Positions 38,669 to 51,804 of a DNA stretch of 64,000 nt are shown in pieces. Within the stretch, counting starts at the first letter, position 1. Every line of letters starts with the position of its first letter. Source of the stretch: Paramecium tetraurelia (Eukaryota). The stretch covers positions 124,001-188,000 of the forward strand of contig CT868035.1 of NCBI GenBank assembly GCA_000165425.1, given 5' to 3'. Under the pieces are notes generated by a model. The model was not told where the DNA came from. It saw only the letters and a program-made list of their open reading frames with translations, and did not search any database. The translations under genes and the position numbers were made by a program.

Positions 38669-38953
38669 TCAGGTATCAGCTATTTCACTTTCGAGAGACC
38701 TCATGATCCTCTGATGAAGACTGTTGATTGAACTCAGCATATGCTATTCGAACTTCAAGAGAAACAGGAGGTCTTTGGTCATTTGTTGTTTGATGTTATT
38801 TTAAGTTTGCATTGATGTTTGAATATGCTTCAGTTTTTCTTTGTTCTGTTTCTTGTCACTCTTGGAATAGGCAGCCATTGATTTGTGATGATGGGTTCCA
38901 TCGAGCTCAATGACATCATCATCGAAGTTGAAGGAGATCTCACTAACAGACAT
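38669..38953 (-). CDS. Small hypothetical protein (94 aa)
   Basis: Intronless ORF MSVSEISFNFDDDVIELDG...LESEIADT-TGA, 285 nt. Confidence 0.65.
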
Positions 38954-39044
38954 TTAATATATAATGAGATTGATGAATATTATAGCATATTTAACATCTG
39001 AACTGTATGGTATTATTTAGGTTTATAGAATATGCGGAATGGAA

Positions 39045-40455
39045 TCACTTTTTAGGAAAAATCCTCTATAATCTCTATTAATCTTATGAATTGAACAAAG
39101 GAGTCGTTTTAGTCGCTGAACCTTAAGGCTGGATATCTGTGGCTGTTCTTTACCTCATCCTATCTTGTAATTGCTGTTGAGCCTATTGAATTGGATCCTA
39201 AATTGGAGATTGCCAAATATATTACTCCAGTTAGAATTTTATAGAAATTTCTCAGTTGCTCACTCTGCTGAGACCCTCTGGCAGATAATGGCTAATCAGC
39301 AGGTGGGGTTTGTTGTTGTTGAGCTGGCTACTCCACCTACCTTTGAATTGGAAGGATAGGTCTGGTTGCAGGTGCTTAAGACGACTTCTCCTTTAATTTG
39401 GTGAAGAATTCCTGATCATCCTCAACTGTCAATTCCTCTTTAACTAAATTCTACGAGGTTATTATGAGATTCTTTACTTTTTTTAATTGCACTATTGGCA
39501 CACTCTCCTCATATTTGATGGCGTTGTTGGCCAATTTGGTGAAAGTACTCTTGATGATGTTGATGTCATCTTGACCCAAGGGGATGAAGAGACTTTCGAA
39601 ATCCGATAGGTTTTTGTGTTGTGATGTTTCGAATGGCATGTTGTAGAGACGATGCAACACGTACTCGTACATTACCTTGATGTTGATCTTCTGCTTCACA
39701 GATGTGAAAAGCAAAGTTGCACCATCTTATTATAAGTATTTTAACTCTTACAATTCACACAAAATTAACGTAAACAAAATTAAATGATTTCTGCTTTCTA
39801 ATCCCAATCCTTCCCTTTGTCGTCTCTCTCTAATATGTCCGATTTATTCACCATCACCATCAAAGGAATTCCCAAATTTGTCTTCAACAACCCTTCGTGC
39901 GCCTAACCTCCGTCCATTTATGACATATATTGCATCACTTTAATTAAATCAAACTTTATATACCATTTGATTTCATCTCTTCCAATTCGTTGAGACTCAA
40001 TCGCAGATCAGCCATCATGTCCTACAACACACCAATCCATCTATCCAGATCTTCCATGAAGGTCCAAGGCTCTTGCATGTCCAGAGCTATTACTACAAAT
40101 GTATTCTTGATATTTTTGTGATTCAAAATCTGAGGTAACAAATATTTCTGCCCCTCTTCTTCTAAAATATACACATTCAGACGAGCATTTGTGTTGTAAT
40201 CAGGGTCGCGAAGGTCTATCAAATTTAGGTAGGCATAATCCACTATTGGTGTAATGCCTTTTTGCCGAATGCCATCTACAAATTACTATGAATCGATTTA
40301 CTCTTGAGAGTCTTTGTAACATCAGCCAAAGCATCGAGTAAGCTTCGTTTCCCACTGCACTTTCTCCCCAGGATTAACAAATTCTTATTTATAAAACCTC
40401 CCTATCTACTTTTCTCAAATAATAGTTAATTCCAAACATTCTCTTTTTTACTCAT
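39045..40455 (-). CDS. DYNC1LI: Cytoplasmic dynein light intermediate chain
   Basis: Reads MSKKENVWNQLL...LLILGRKCSGKRSLL (degenerate P-loop), VDYAYL...ARLNVYIL, IALDMQEPW, NLGIPLMVMVNKSD, DGATLLFTS and LFIPLGQDD. Confidence 0.85.
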
Positions 40456-40465
40456 TAATTTTAAT

Positions 40466-42741
40466 ATGGGCGCTTGTAAATCTTGTACTCAATAACCATC
40501 CCCCTAAATCAATTCAGGCGATATGGAATAACAAGGTATTCACAGTGAATCCATACGCTAGATTAGCAATCTGCTAAATGAGTTTGAGACCTTCAAAGTG
40601 ATCAAGAAGACTTCATATTCATTTATCCAGGATGCTACATTCAGGAATGGAAGAGTCAGCGCTAATAAATTGATCAACACACAAGGCACAGTGAAACCCA
40701 TCAACTTATAATTATTGCAAGAGGTAAATAAGGGATTGGAATCGTTGAAAGCCCTTACAAATAAATAGGATAATTGCGAGATTGAAAAATCAATGAAATT
40801 CAAATGTGGCTTGGAATTAGGGGATAAATTCCCACTAATTAAATTCCACATGTTGCTCAAGGGAGAAGCTCAAACAATAACTTTGAAGGACAATACTTAC
40901 ACTCTGATAAAGTCTTGGGGCTAAGGGGAATAGATGGTCAATTTCCAACATGCAATAGAACTGGTCGAGTCCTTCAAAAATGTTAAGCTTGAATTGATCG
41001 GCTTAACCAGAGGCAATGAGGAACAGCAATCCGTGTATGAAGAATTAGTGAGATCCAATCCAGGATGGCAACAACATCCACACATCTATGTACTTGCAGA
41101 AGAACCAGAAAATCACATCTTCGATATCTTCTACCAAGAACAATCCAATGACATTGAGGAAGGATACTTAGCAAGTGCTCTTTTGTTTTATGGCTAGAAT
41201 TTGATTTGGAAAAGATATACACTAGAGTGGGATATCTCTGCTGATTCTGATGAGGTGGCTCAGGAAGTAACAAATCTCATAAATTCTGGAGTCACTAAAT
41301 ACGTAGGAGTCAAAGAGACCAATCAACAAAGCAATATAACCAAATAACAATATTAAGAATACAAGCAGTTCATATAGTAATAGTAAAAACAACAGTAATT
41401 TACCAGAGGATTGGAAGTCACCATCAATAAAAAGACAATCTATGACAAGAATAATAAGCTAGTTATTTATGAGAAACCCATTATTCAAGTGGCATGTTCC
41501 CCTAAATCACAATCAATTACAGAGGCTTTCATCAAACCTCTTTAATTACAGCCAGTAATTTGGGACATCTAGATTTTGAAGAAAGTGCTAACTCAAAAAA
41601 TTAGAGAAAATAATCTCAACATTGAAGCTTCCTTAGAAAAATAGATCAAAATTTCAATCAATTATGAAAACAATTTGATTCAGATTCCTAATTGGGAAGT
41701 GGCCACACTCACTCCATATTACAAGTCTACATAATACATCTCGTAAGTCAAGTAATGGATACATGCTCGAGATCGCATACTAAGCGAAGTCCAAGATTCC
41801 CAAAGTCCTGTTCTGCAGAGGGTAAACAAGATGATTTATCAATTTTTCAATAATATACCTACTGTTGAAAAAGTACTTAATTAATAATATGGCAAAATCC
41901 CATATGCTGAGAAGCGTAAACCTCCTTACGAAGAGATGTCAGTATCCAAGAGTTTGGGAAATGAGGAGATCGCCAGAAAATCAGATAAAATATTATTCAT
42001 CTTATTGATTGATTATGAGAATGATGATACTTTGGACATTCTGAAGAACTTAATCAAATATAAGAAAGAGAACTCGGTCCAATTATAGATTGCTGTATTA
42101 GGACACATCAGAGCTGAATCCTGGACCAAACTGTTTTAGGCCTTCATGGACAAGCAATAAATTGCATAAAGATGCTGAAGAAGGCACAATTGAAACATGG
42201 TTTCCAGTGGAAGACAAAATTGGGTCTATTTCATTCAGTGCAATTCTTAGTAAGATGTATGGGATGTGTTTGGAAAAAAGAGATTGTATGTTAGTAGATA
42301 GGGATAATCAAGTTCGAGTTATTGATTCAAGCAGAAGAATTGTTCCTAAAATTTCTTAGGTTTTGGATGATCTAAAAATTTCTTAGGTTTTGAATGATCT
42401 AAAAATTAAGAATTAAATTTAAGAGAAGGAATTTACGTATTAAATATTTTTAATTTTCTAGAAACTATTTGAGTTAATATTAACTATTTAAAAGATCCAT
42501 TCGAAGCAATCATTAATTGTTGTAATTGACTCAAAAAATCAAAGAGCAATGCAAAGAAGATGAATGTTTGATTGTGTATGAACAAAGAAAAGCCAAAATT
42601 TGGGATTTTGAAGGTGCAGTTGTAAATGAAACTAAAAAATATTAATAACCTACTAAGATCCTGAGATTGATACCGAAAACATCTGAAATGGGTGAATTCA
42701 CTAAAATTATTGACAATTCAGATTTCTTATAAATGAAATGA
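40466..42741 (+). CDS. Putatively acylated (MGACKSC) protein with two degenerate thioredoxin/redoxin-like segments; +1 insertion near 42158
   Basis: LELGDKFPLIKF...YTLIKSWG...LELIGLT and LQIAVLG...MYG...CMLVDRDNQV resemble redoxin-fold landmarks but lack CxxC. Intron gtattaaatatttttaattttctag near 42437-42460; ends FLQMK-TGA. Confidence 0.6.
42348..42407 (+). repeat. 27-bp in-frame tandem duplication (KISQVLDDL / KISQVLNDL)
   Basis: aaaatttcttaggttttggatgatcta followed by aaaatttcttaggttttgaatgatcta; one mismatch. Confidence 0.9.
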
Positions 42742-42780
42742 TTAAAAATAAAATATATATATATATAGAAGATGTTTTAA

Positions 42781-43892
42781 TCACTTTCTCTTTCTTACAG
42801 ATCTCCGTAGTATCTCTTCTTTGACTCTTCTCCTGGTGTTGATTCGCTATTAAGGAGAAGATGATTCTGATGAAGTATCAAAGGATTATTTTTCTGATTG
42901 CTAACTCTTCTCCTCATCATCTTAATTTTCGTCCTAATTCTTCTCTTAATCATCGTCATCATCTTCCTCATCTTCCTCATCCTCCTCCTCCTGATTCTCC
43001 TATTGACTTTCCTCTTCAGGTTCTTCCTCACATTCTCCCTTCTTAACCTACCTCTTTTTCTATTTTGCTTTTGGGGCCTTCAAAGATGTAATAAAATCAG
43101 CCTAATCCAAATTGTCTCTGTTTTTCATGAACTCCTGGAAGACTTCATCTATTACATCTTGCTCTCCCGATAAATCAACCAGTTTATTTTGAAGACTATA
43201 GAGCGATGTAAAGTCCTCTTTCACCAGTCGTCTTGGCTCAATAGGGGAGATGGTTCTGTTAATAACAACTTCATAAAACAAGAAACAGGCTCTGATGATT
43301 GGCTCAGTTGGATTCACGTTGTCAAGCACAATGAATGGGATTCTACACTTTTTACAATATAATCCACTTTGAACATTCAGGAACTCACAATATATACATT
43401 TCTTGGGAATAAGAATTTAAAGGATTTACTTTGTTTTAGCCGTAGGATAATCTGGTTATTTGGGTTCTGCTGGCTCTTTGGGTGGTTTAATTTAGCTTCT
43501 TCTTTTCTGACAATTGTTTCTTTTAGGTTTATATCAAATCTTCAGGAATGTGCACGCTGTGTTTTTCAATATACCTTATTGATTACTAAATTTGTAATTT
43601 ACTCCATAATCTAAAATAGCAATTATTGATGCATCTATTTCGAATTACCAAAGCCTAATCGAGCCACTAGGTTTTCCACGAACTCCTGGGGACTGATATG
43701 ATAGTCATTTAAATTCCAATGAAATTGATCTCTGAAAATATAATTCTGATATTCGATATCCAAATATATGGGGATTGATCTCAGTTCCTCTGGCACTCGA
43801 TTTATCTTGAATTTCGGTTTTTTTTGAGACTTTAACATCTGGATAGTTCTTTCAGCCGATATTTAATCGATGGCTTCTAAATATTCATCCAT
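42781..43892 (-). CDS. SNF5: SNF5/SMARCB1/Sfh1-repeat protein with zinc ribbon and acidic tail
   Basis: IPIYLDIEYQNYIFRDQFHWNLNDYHISPQEFVENLVARLG (SNF5 repeat); KCIYCEFLNVQSGLYCKKC; D/E-rich tract; ends RRSVRKRK-TGA. Confidence 0.75.
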
Positions 43893-43913
43893 TTTATATA
43901 TTATAATATATTT

Positions 43914-46784
43914 ATGCCTAGTTTATAATTCGAGGTCATAATAAATGCTTGCTAGAAGCTTTCACTCACATTTGGCGATCAGGTTAGCGTTGAACAAATA
44001 GCTAATAAGATAATCGAAACTCAAAAATTCCCAAGGTAATCCAATTACAGAATAGAAATTGATTAGGCGATCAGAGAACCTTCATATATTTTGAATTGTC
44101 AGCCAATCAGTATAATTAAAGCTAACTTTAACTTTATGGCAACAGTCATTTTCGTTGGTTAATTTAACACATCCTTTGAACATCGTATAGACCTCTGTAA
44201 ATAAATCCAATAAATTTCGAATGAGATAATGAATGAGATCCTTCCAATAGAATATTCAGTGTACATCCTTTAAAATGGGTAAAACGCCAATAATCTCTAC
44301 ATTAATTCATATGAATAAATCCCGAAATTAATAGAATTTGAGATTTAAGCGAACTTTTATATTAATTTTTAAGGAATCCACTATTAGCAGAAAATTCACC
44401 CTTTAGCCTAAATTGAATAGATTAAATATCAGATAAATGAAGTTTTTTGTTTTGATTCTGAGTTTCAACTTTGGTATAGGGATACAGAACTTAATGATCA
44501 AAGTTAGTACATCACCTATCTAATTCCAGATCACTCAGAACTAAAAATTAAATTGCCAACTAGGATCAAATTACTGATCAAGTATAAAGATACGGTTCAT
44601 CAATTCTCATGTGCTCTTGAAGAAAAATTAGGATCATTTAAACAACGATTAAAATAAGTATATCACGTTTCTGAAAAACACCCATTATAATTAATGTATA
44701 AGAATAATGAGTTGAGAAATGATCAGGAATCTATATAAAAATTGAAGTTTATAGAGAATGCCATAATTGAAATGCAAGTTGGAATTAAATATTCATTGAC
44801 TTTATAAAACAAGGAATCCTAAGAAAAATTCTAGTTTCAAGCTAGATCAACTGATTTAGTTTCTGTGCTCGACAAACAACATCCATTCATTAATAAATAA
44901 GTTATTTATGAATTTAATGGTCACAAGCTAAAAAAAGAGGAAACTTTTGAATAACTTTAGGTAGATACAGAATATATAACCATTTATTTTCAAATAGAAA
45001 AGCAGAAAATCAACGTTTAGTTTTAGGATGATTTCGCAAAGCATAAAATTGAAGTGATCACATCTGACCCAATTAGGAATGCATTATAGAAATTCAATTA
45101 AGGAAATGATCCTATTTCAATTACTTATGGAGGGAAAAATATATCCATTGATAGTACTTATGAGAAAGAAGCTATTGTAAATGACAGCATCATAGTATAC
45201 AAGATTAATAATGGTATCTAAATCAAATACACTGTTGCTCCTAATTGTGTAGAACATACATATTTGGTCCCTAAAGATACGAAGGGAAGCTAGCTATTGA
45301 AAGCACTATCTTAAATTTATTCGAACTAAGGATAAAAATACAAATTGATGCTTAACAGCTAGGAGTTCCCTGCTGATTAGCCAGTTATCAAAGATCAATG
45401 TTATAGATTGGTTCGTATTTTTGAAATGCAATTTTCGTACGACAAAGATGAGCGAACTTATATAGATTTATTCTCATAAGAGGATAAAATTTTTGAGGCA
45501 AGAAAGAAAATGGCTCAGGTGTTTAATCTACCTTTTGATTCAGTATTTCTATTATTTAAGGATTGTGCATTAAAGGATGATACCCTTATTAATCAATGCA
45601 AGGATAAAACACTAGTGGTTTCTCAAGCTATTCACATTAGTTTTCAAAAGAGGAATGGCTCTGTAGCAATTTAAAAGTACTATTTAAAATAAGAAAAATT
45701 TAAATATATTTTCAAAGATTTTTTGAAAGAATACCAAATAAGTCAATGCAGATTTGAATTTAACAATTAAATTGTTGACGAAAATAATTTACTAAAAGAT
45801 ATTTGTAAAGATGAATAATCTATTGTGCTTATCTATGAATTTTAGTATAACTTAAAACTTGTCAACAAAGAAATGCAAAATGAAATAATTAAAGTTTCGT
45901 TTTATCCTTCAGAAATTATTGGCTCTGTCTTTAAAAGATATTTGAGTGAGAAATTCTCTTACTTGTACAATGGTTAATTAGTTGATATTTAGAAATAGTT
46001 TGAAGTGTTGAGAATTCAAAACAATTCCAAGGTGTATTATTTTTAATTCCATAACTTCACTCTAGAGATTCTCAAAACTAACACAAAACTTTAGATTTAA
46101 ATTGACTCATTGAATTATAAAATCATTGATGCCATATCTCCAAAGATGAAGGAGCACACTTAAGATAAGTTTACTGCACTTTACAACAATCGCGAATTAG
46201 ATTTATAAAAGACTTTTCTCTAAGAAAAAGTCATGAGCGGGGCCACTATCTAATGCTAACTGCCTACTTATTTGCAAGTGATTATACATGACAATGAGTT
46301 TGATAAATCGTTTAATGTACATCCAAATATCTGCATTGGACAAATACTTGCTATGATGATGGATAGCAATCCAAATAAAAAGATGTTATCCTATAAAGAT
46401 TAGAAATAATTGGAAAACGATATCATAGTATCTAAATTACAAAATAACAATGGGATTATCGAACTAATTTATAAAGAATTGATTTCTACTCCAGATACTA
46501 TCTATTAGCCCTCAGGATCTGTATCAACCTTTTTTAATTAGACACAAGACCTTAAAACTACAGAAAGTAGTTAAATAAATATTGTCATAATTAATATAAA
46601 TAATGATGATAAGATATTTGAGACAGTGAAATTAGATCAGAAAATAGGAGACTTTCTTAAGGAGTTTGAAATCAAAAATGAGTTTTCTAGCATTAATATA
46701 TTTTATGAAGGGGCAGTAGTGGATTACGATAAAACATTTGAAGAGATTGGAGCAAATCCGGGAAGTTTATTTGAAATTATTTGA
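43914..46784 (+). CDS. Protein made of about 12 tandem divergent ubiquitin-like domains (956 aa, apparently intronless)
   Basis: The 2871-nt span is divisible by 3. Recurrent motifs: LWYRDTELNDQS, LMYKNNELRNDQESIQKLKF, YEFNGHKLKKEETFEQLQV, TYGGKNISIDSTYEKEAIVNDSII, LYNGQLVDIQKQF and FYEGAVVDYDKTFEEIGANPGSLFEII. Confidence 0.7.
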
Positions 46785-47273
46785 CTGAATAATATTATTT
46801 GCATAATCATTTAAAGCAATTTTATTATAAATGCCAACATACTTCCTTTTAGAATTTAATACATCATAAAATTAAATTAAGTCCTCCTAACTAGAAGTAT
46901 TAAAATTAAAACAACCGTCATCTCTTATTTCAGAATGCAACCCTAAACAATAATATACTATGCAGCATAAAAGTTCTAACGAGTTTTGGATATAAATATT
47001 TTAGACTAGTACTCAAAATTCAGTTCTGATATTCTTATAGGTAGTGAAGAGAATGCTTGTATATATATGAGTATTTGCATAAAATTAAATTAAAAAGAGG
47101 CATTTAACTAATGATTGATATATATTCTCGAGATTTACTAAAAAATGCAGCAATACATATTGAATGATAATTTCATATTTTTCTATTCAAGGATTAAGTG
47201 TTTAGCAATTGAAAAGCATCATGGATTGTCTTTTATACAATATATTAAAAATTTATAATAATTTTAATTATTA

Positions 47274-48158
47274 ATGATAACTTCGCCTTAGGAGATGAGA
47301 ATATTATCGAAGCGATTCTTCGGTAACAAGATCATTGATTCAATTGTGCTTGAGGAGATGAAGGAAAATTATTAAAATAAGGATAGAATTGCAAATATCA
47401 TTTAGAGATGTTATCCTGAAAGTTACAAGTTATATTTGGATTTAGGTAAGAAAGAGATTTATTGTTATATAAGATCCTTAGCTTCTAAGCATCTTCATTT
47501 AGTATTTCTTAAACTAACTTAATTTTGTGATTGAAAAAAAGTATATATTTCAAAGAGCTACATGCTTGTTGGAATTGAGTGTCCATTTATTCAATATTTC
47601 ATGGGAGAAAAGATGGAATCGAGAAAAATCATTTGAAGAGTTCAGATAAATAATTGTCAGGCATTCATTATATAGGTTAATATCGATATTAATAAATGCA
47701 GACCACCACATAATGTTTACATATTTAGTTTGGACAACTTGAAAGAGATTTCGTCGCATTTTCTATAGACATTCTTTAGATTCTATAGAGCTTACTTCTT
47801 CACATTCACTCCCTGGGTTGACATCGTGGTCACAACTTATCAGAAACATTAAATTAAAAAGGATGTGAAGGATTTAGAGTTGGAGAAGTTGAGACAGGAA
47901 GCAGAATAATATAATGATTAGATTGATCCAGAAATGATGGAACAATTGATGAGTGGCAATTCCATATATTAGATTCCTGAAAAGAAGAAGAGGGAGATGT
48001 TAGAATAACAATAGTAGAAAGAGAAATAAGAAAGAATAGACAGAGTACTAAAGAAGAGATTAGAAGAGTTATAATAAGTGTTTGATTAAAAAATTAAAGA
48101 ATAAGATGAACATTTCATAAAATTGGCTGAAGATTTAAAAAACCCAAAGAAAAAGTGA
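47274..48158 (+). CDS. CFAP119: Flagellar central-pair C1a-32 / CCDC189 (CFAP119) family protein
   Basis: FRQIIVRHSLY[intron]RPPHNVYIFSLDNLKEISSHFLQTFFRFYRAYFFTF, then a coiled-coil C-terminus. Two mini-introns. Confidence 0.75.
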
Positions 48159-48205
48159 TTCATTAACTATAAATATGTTATGATTATAAATTTATTGATT
48201 GTCTA

Positions 48206-50096
48206 TCATAATCTAGCCTTTAGATTTAGTTTGTCCCAATCAATATTGATAAAGTTTCTTTGTCTATACATTCCAACACCGTTAGCCAAGTAATCCAAAA
48301 ATTCTATTTAAATTATGATTTACATATATACCTAATTTGTTATTGCCACTAAACTATTAATCAATCTCAGCCAGTATTTCAACTTATTTGAAATCAGCAA
48401 TACCAAAAGATATAATAGTTGTTCTATTCTCTAAAATTAAGAATAGTCCAAACAATTTGTGTATTTTTAACAATTCCAAACTATAACCACTGCTCTTTAT
48501 TTGTGCTCCCATTTACTTATAAATATTAGTATATCCAAAAAGAACAGAAGCCTTTATCAATTCACATTAATTAAGTTCATTCCATGAAGTTTAAATTGAA
48601 TGACCATTAATTAAATTATTCTAGAAGTTTTCCACAGTCTTCTTACAAAATGAATAACTCAATCTCTCTAAAACTTCCTCTAAATTTTGGAAAGATGCCT
48701 TTTGATTGTTTTCTTAAGTATATTTATTGAAATAGGAAGCCATTCCTGTAAATTATGCATTTCCCCCACTCACTTTTCCGAATTGTTTTAACAAATATTA
48801 AGCTGTTTATTGCATTAAAACATTATTATCTCCTTCATAGGTCACAAATGGAACATTATCAGCATATATTATAGTTAGATCAGATGCATTTAAATGTCCA
48901 AATGGTGCGATTTGCATTGCCTCTCTTGAAGTTTTGACTGCCTCCCATCCTGCAATACTCTTCATTTGACTAGAATATAAATGAACTAATTGTAAAGTTT
49001 CATTGACTTATTTGTCATTGGCTTTTAGTTGATTTTAAAATCTAGTGAACATTTCTTTTACTTAAGCATTGGCTATTATTTGTGCATATTACACCACATA
49101 ACTTCTTAACAATCTAAATATTATGGCTTCATTTTCTATTGATTATGTTTTCAATAAGGGTTTGACTTAATAATAAGCCAGATTATTAGTAAACAATCCA
49201 AAAATAGAGAAAACATTCACCAATCCAACTCTTAAATTAAGCATACTGCCATATCCATATTTAATAGCATTTTTTGAAGATGTAGTCACCTATCCAGATT
49301 CATCGACTTTAGTATATCTCATCAACATATTGTTTCTATCGATACGAACATTCTTTAATCCCAAATATCCATTGTCAGCCCTTAAGAAACCTAATTTTGG
49401 TCCAATGTCTCCAACATCAACTCCCTCTAAAGCCTTAAGTGTTTTAGGTTCTCTAATAGGAACAACAAATGTTTAAATGCCGATATCCTTGCCATTTACT
49501 GTTGTTCTGGCTTGTAAAACACTATGGGTGGCAAAGATACCTAGTTATCCTGGCCAAAATTTAAACGCAGATGCTTTTGGAGTGTTTATAATGAAGGAAT
49601 TATTTTCAAAAACCGCAGTTGTTTATAAGCCTTGCACATCTGAACCATGTCCTACTTCAGTTTAGGCATAGGCTCCACGAATTTGATAATTGAATGTAAG
49701 ATCTTGCCAATGTTTGACTTGTTCTGGTGTTCCCAACATTTGGATTGTTGGCAAAAAGGCTTACCAATTTAGATAGAAGGTTCCTAAAGATGTACATTGG
49801 AGACATTACCTAATTCATATAATTAATGCTAAAATTGAATGAGATGAGTATTCCCTGGAAACTTTTTTTTGAGCATTTATTATGCCTTGGCGTATCTCTG
49901 ACTTAGGCCAATATAGCCTTCCTTGTAGTTTTCTTAGACACCTTGAGGATTGTCCACCAAGACTGATCATTAACGAAATTAAATTACAATCGTATGCTGT
50001 TGGATTTTTTTCAAATTCCTAAACAAAGTACTCCAATTCTGATTTAATGGAGGGTTCAAGAAGAATGTTGTAGATATAATTTTTGAATTAATCCAT
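48206..50096 (-). CDS. ACOX: Peroxisomal acyl-CoA oxidase
   Basis: AFLPTIQMLGTPEQ...RGAYAQTEVGHGSDVQGLQTTA...KFWPGQLG...GDIGPKLGF...DNGYL...TYEGDN; ends in the PTS1 signal -ARL-TGA. Frame irregularity near 49790-49860. Confidence 0.93.
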
Positions 50097-50271
50097 TTAA
50101 GAAATTTATTAGTTCCTAATATAAATAAACACAATGCTAATTATATGGGTTTGAAAATTTACATTATATTTAGAAATTTTATTCTCTAATTTTTTTTTAT
50201 AAGATAGAAAAGATATGATAACTTATAATGCTGGTAAATATATATTTATAAAATTCATTCATTCTCATTAA

Positions 50272-51749
50272 TCAGAAAGCTGTGAATGAAAGTTACACAG
50301 ATCTAAGGGGAATAGATGAATACGATACCTTCCATTGATCTTGGCATCTTGGAAATGTCCTAAGACACTAAGACTGCATCCTACATCGGAATAGAGTATT
50401 TTGCAAGAGCTTTGATTAATGAATCTATGAATTAATACAAGATATTATTACTTCATGTTTAAGATAGGCGTCATGCATCCAAAGTATTAATACATTTACT
50501 CTATGGTGACACCTGAAAGACCTGTAATTTAGATTGCATTGGACAGTTGCTGTGCTATGATGGGCTTCCTCTCGTTGGGGGGCAAGGCTACTTGACGAGC
50601 ATCCTGTGGTAGCTTTTCGGAGATCATCAAAGTCATAGGCATTCCCAAGAGAAGGCCTTTATTGAGTAAGTTTTTGATTCTGATTGCTTCTTCTTTGGAA
50701 GCCAGTTGGAGGAAGGCTCCATATTGGCTTTGATAGATGGCATCTACTCTTGTGATTGTACTAAAGATGTTGTACACCACTCGTAGATTGGTATTGGGAT
50801 GCTGCACTACCAAATATTAGGGTAGAGGAGTGGGAGTCATTAAGAAGGGACTGCTTTGCGATTAAGGGTAGGGAGTGAAGGGACTGGCTCCACAGGAAAA
50901 GGGATTGCTAGAGTCATTGCAGAAGACTTCATTGTAGTTGTCTTCGGAACGAGCAGATTTTTTAGACTTTGCTGATTATTCGGAGGTGATACTCTCTCCG
51001 TCTGAAAACTCCTCTTTGTCATCTTCGGATGATTCTTCGAGGATTTGCTGTCTTATAGAGTCTAGAGTCGAATGTTAAAAGGGGGAAGGGGAGGGACTGG
51101 TAGTTGAGGATACGATCTATTTTTATTTCTTGCCTTCTCGTTGGAGCACGGAAGCATAATTACGCAATTGTTGTTAATAAAGGACTGTCAACTATTGGGT
51201 TTGATTTCGATACTCTTGGATCTGCTGGATGAGGGAAATTTGTTCTTTTAAATCAGTAGTCTAATTCAATTGAGAAATGAATTGATTCAGAATTTCAAGG
51301 TTCTGTTGCAATTGTTGGTTGAGGGAATTCGAATCTTCCTTGAGTTGTTGGAAAAATTACTGTTTGGATTGAAGAGCAGTGTAATCTTAATTTTTAAATA
51401 TTGTTTATACCCACTCCGCAATTGTTGTTATTCTGAAACACAAGGGAATCTCGTTAGCTGAGGTGGACTCTCATTTTGAGTTAGTAATCGAAGAGAGTGC
51501 CATCTAAGATAAGTGCTGATTGTGCCTATTAGGCTGTCTCGTACTCGATGAATACTTTCCAAATGATCTTTCTTTCGAAAATGAGAATCTTAAAATAATG
51601 AGGGAACATCTAAATACCTTTTTAACTTATCCGAAGACAGAGAAGGTTCTGAAGAACTGACTGTGTTCAAGCACTTTCCCCTGTTTGTTGGTGACCAACA
51701 CCAAAATCACAGGGGTTGGTGAACTCGGTGAGGGTGAATTCTTGTTCAT
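50272..51749 (-). CDS. PTB/hnRNP-L-like multi-RRM RNA-binding protein
   Basis: RTFSVFGQVKK[intron]ILIFERKIIWKVFIEY...LDG...MRVHLSQRDSL (PTB RRM2-like), a low-complexity linker, then further RRM-like segments (GAFLQLASKEEAIRIKNLLN...). Confidence 0.75.
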
Positions 51750-51804
51750 TAAAAAAATAATAATTGATAAATCTAAATTTTACTTTTCCTTTTAATAGTC
51801 ATTT

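Noticed and set aside
4743..42161. Programmed +1 ribosomal frameshifting as in Euplotes
   Set aside because: The sites lack a shared AAA-stop context, TAA/TAG are sense codons here, and sister repeat units have no shift. Sequence error or decay is simpler.
42795..43173. Arg/Met-rich and Leu/Ile-rich short ORFs
   Set aside because: Alternative-frame and antisense readings of the acidic tail of the SNF5-like gene.
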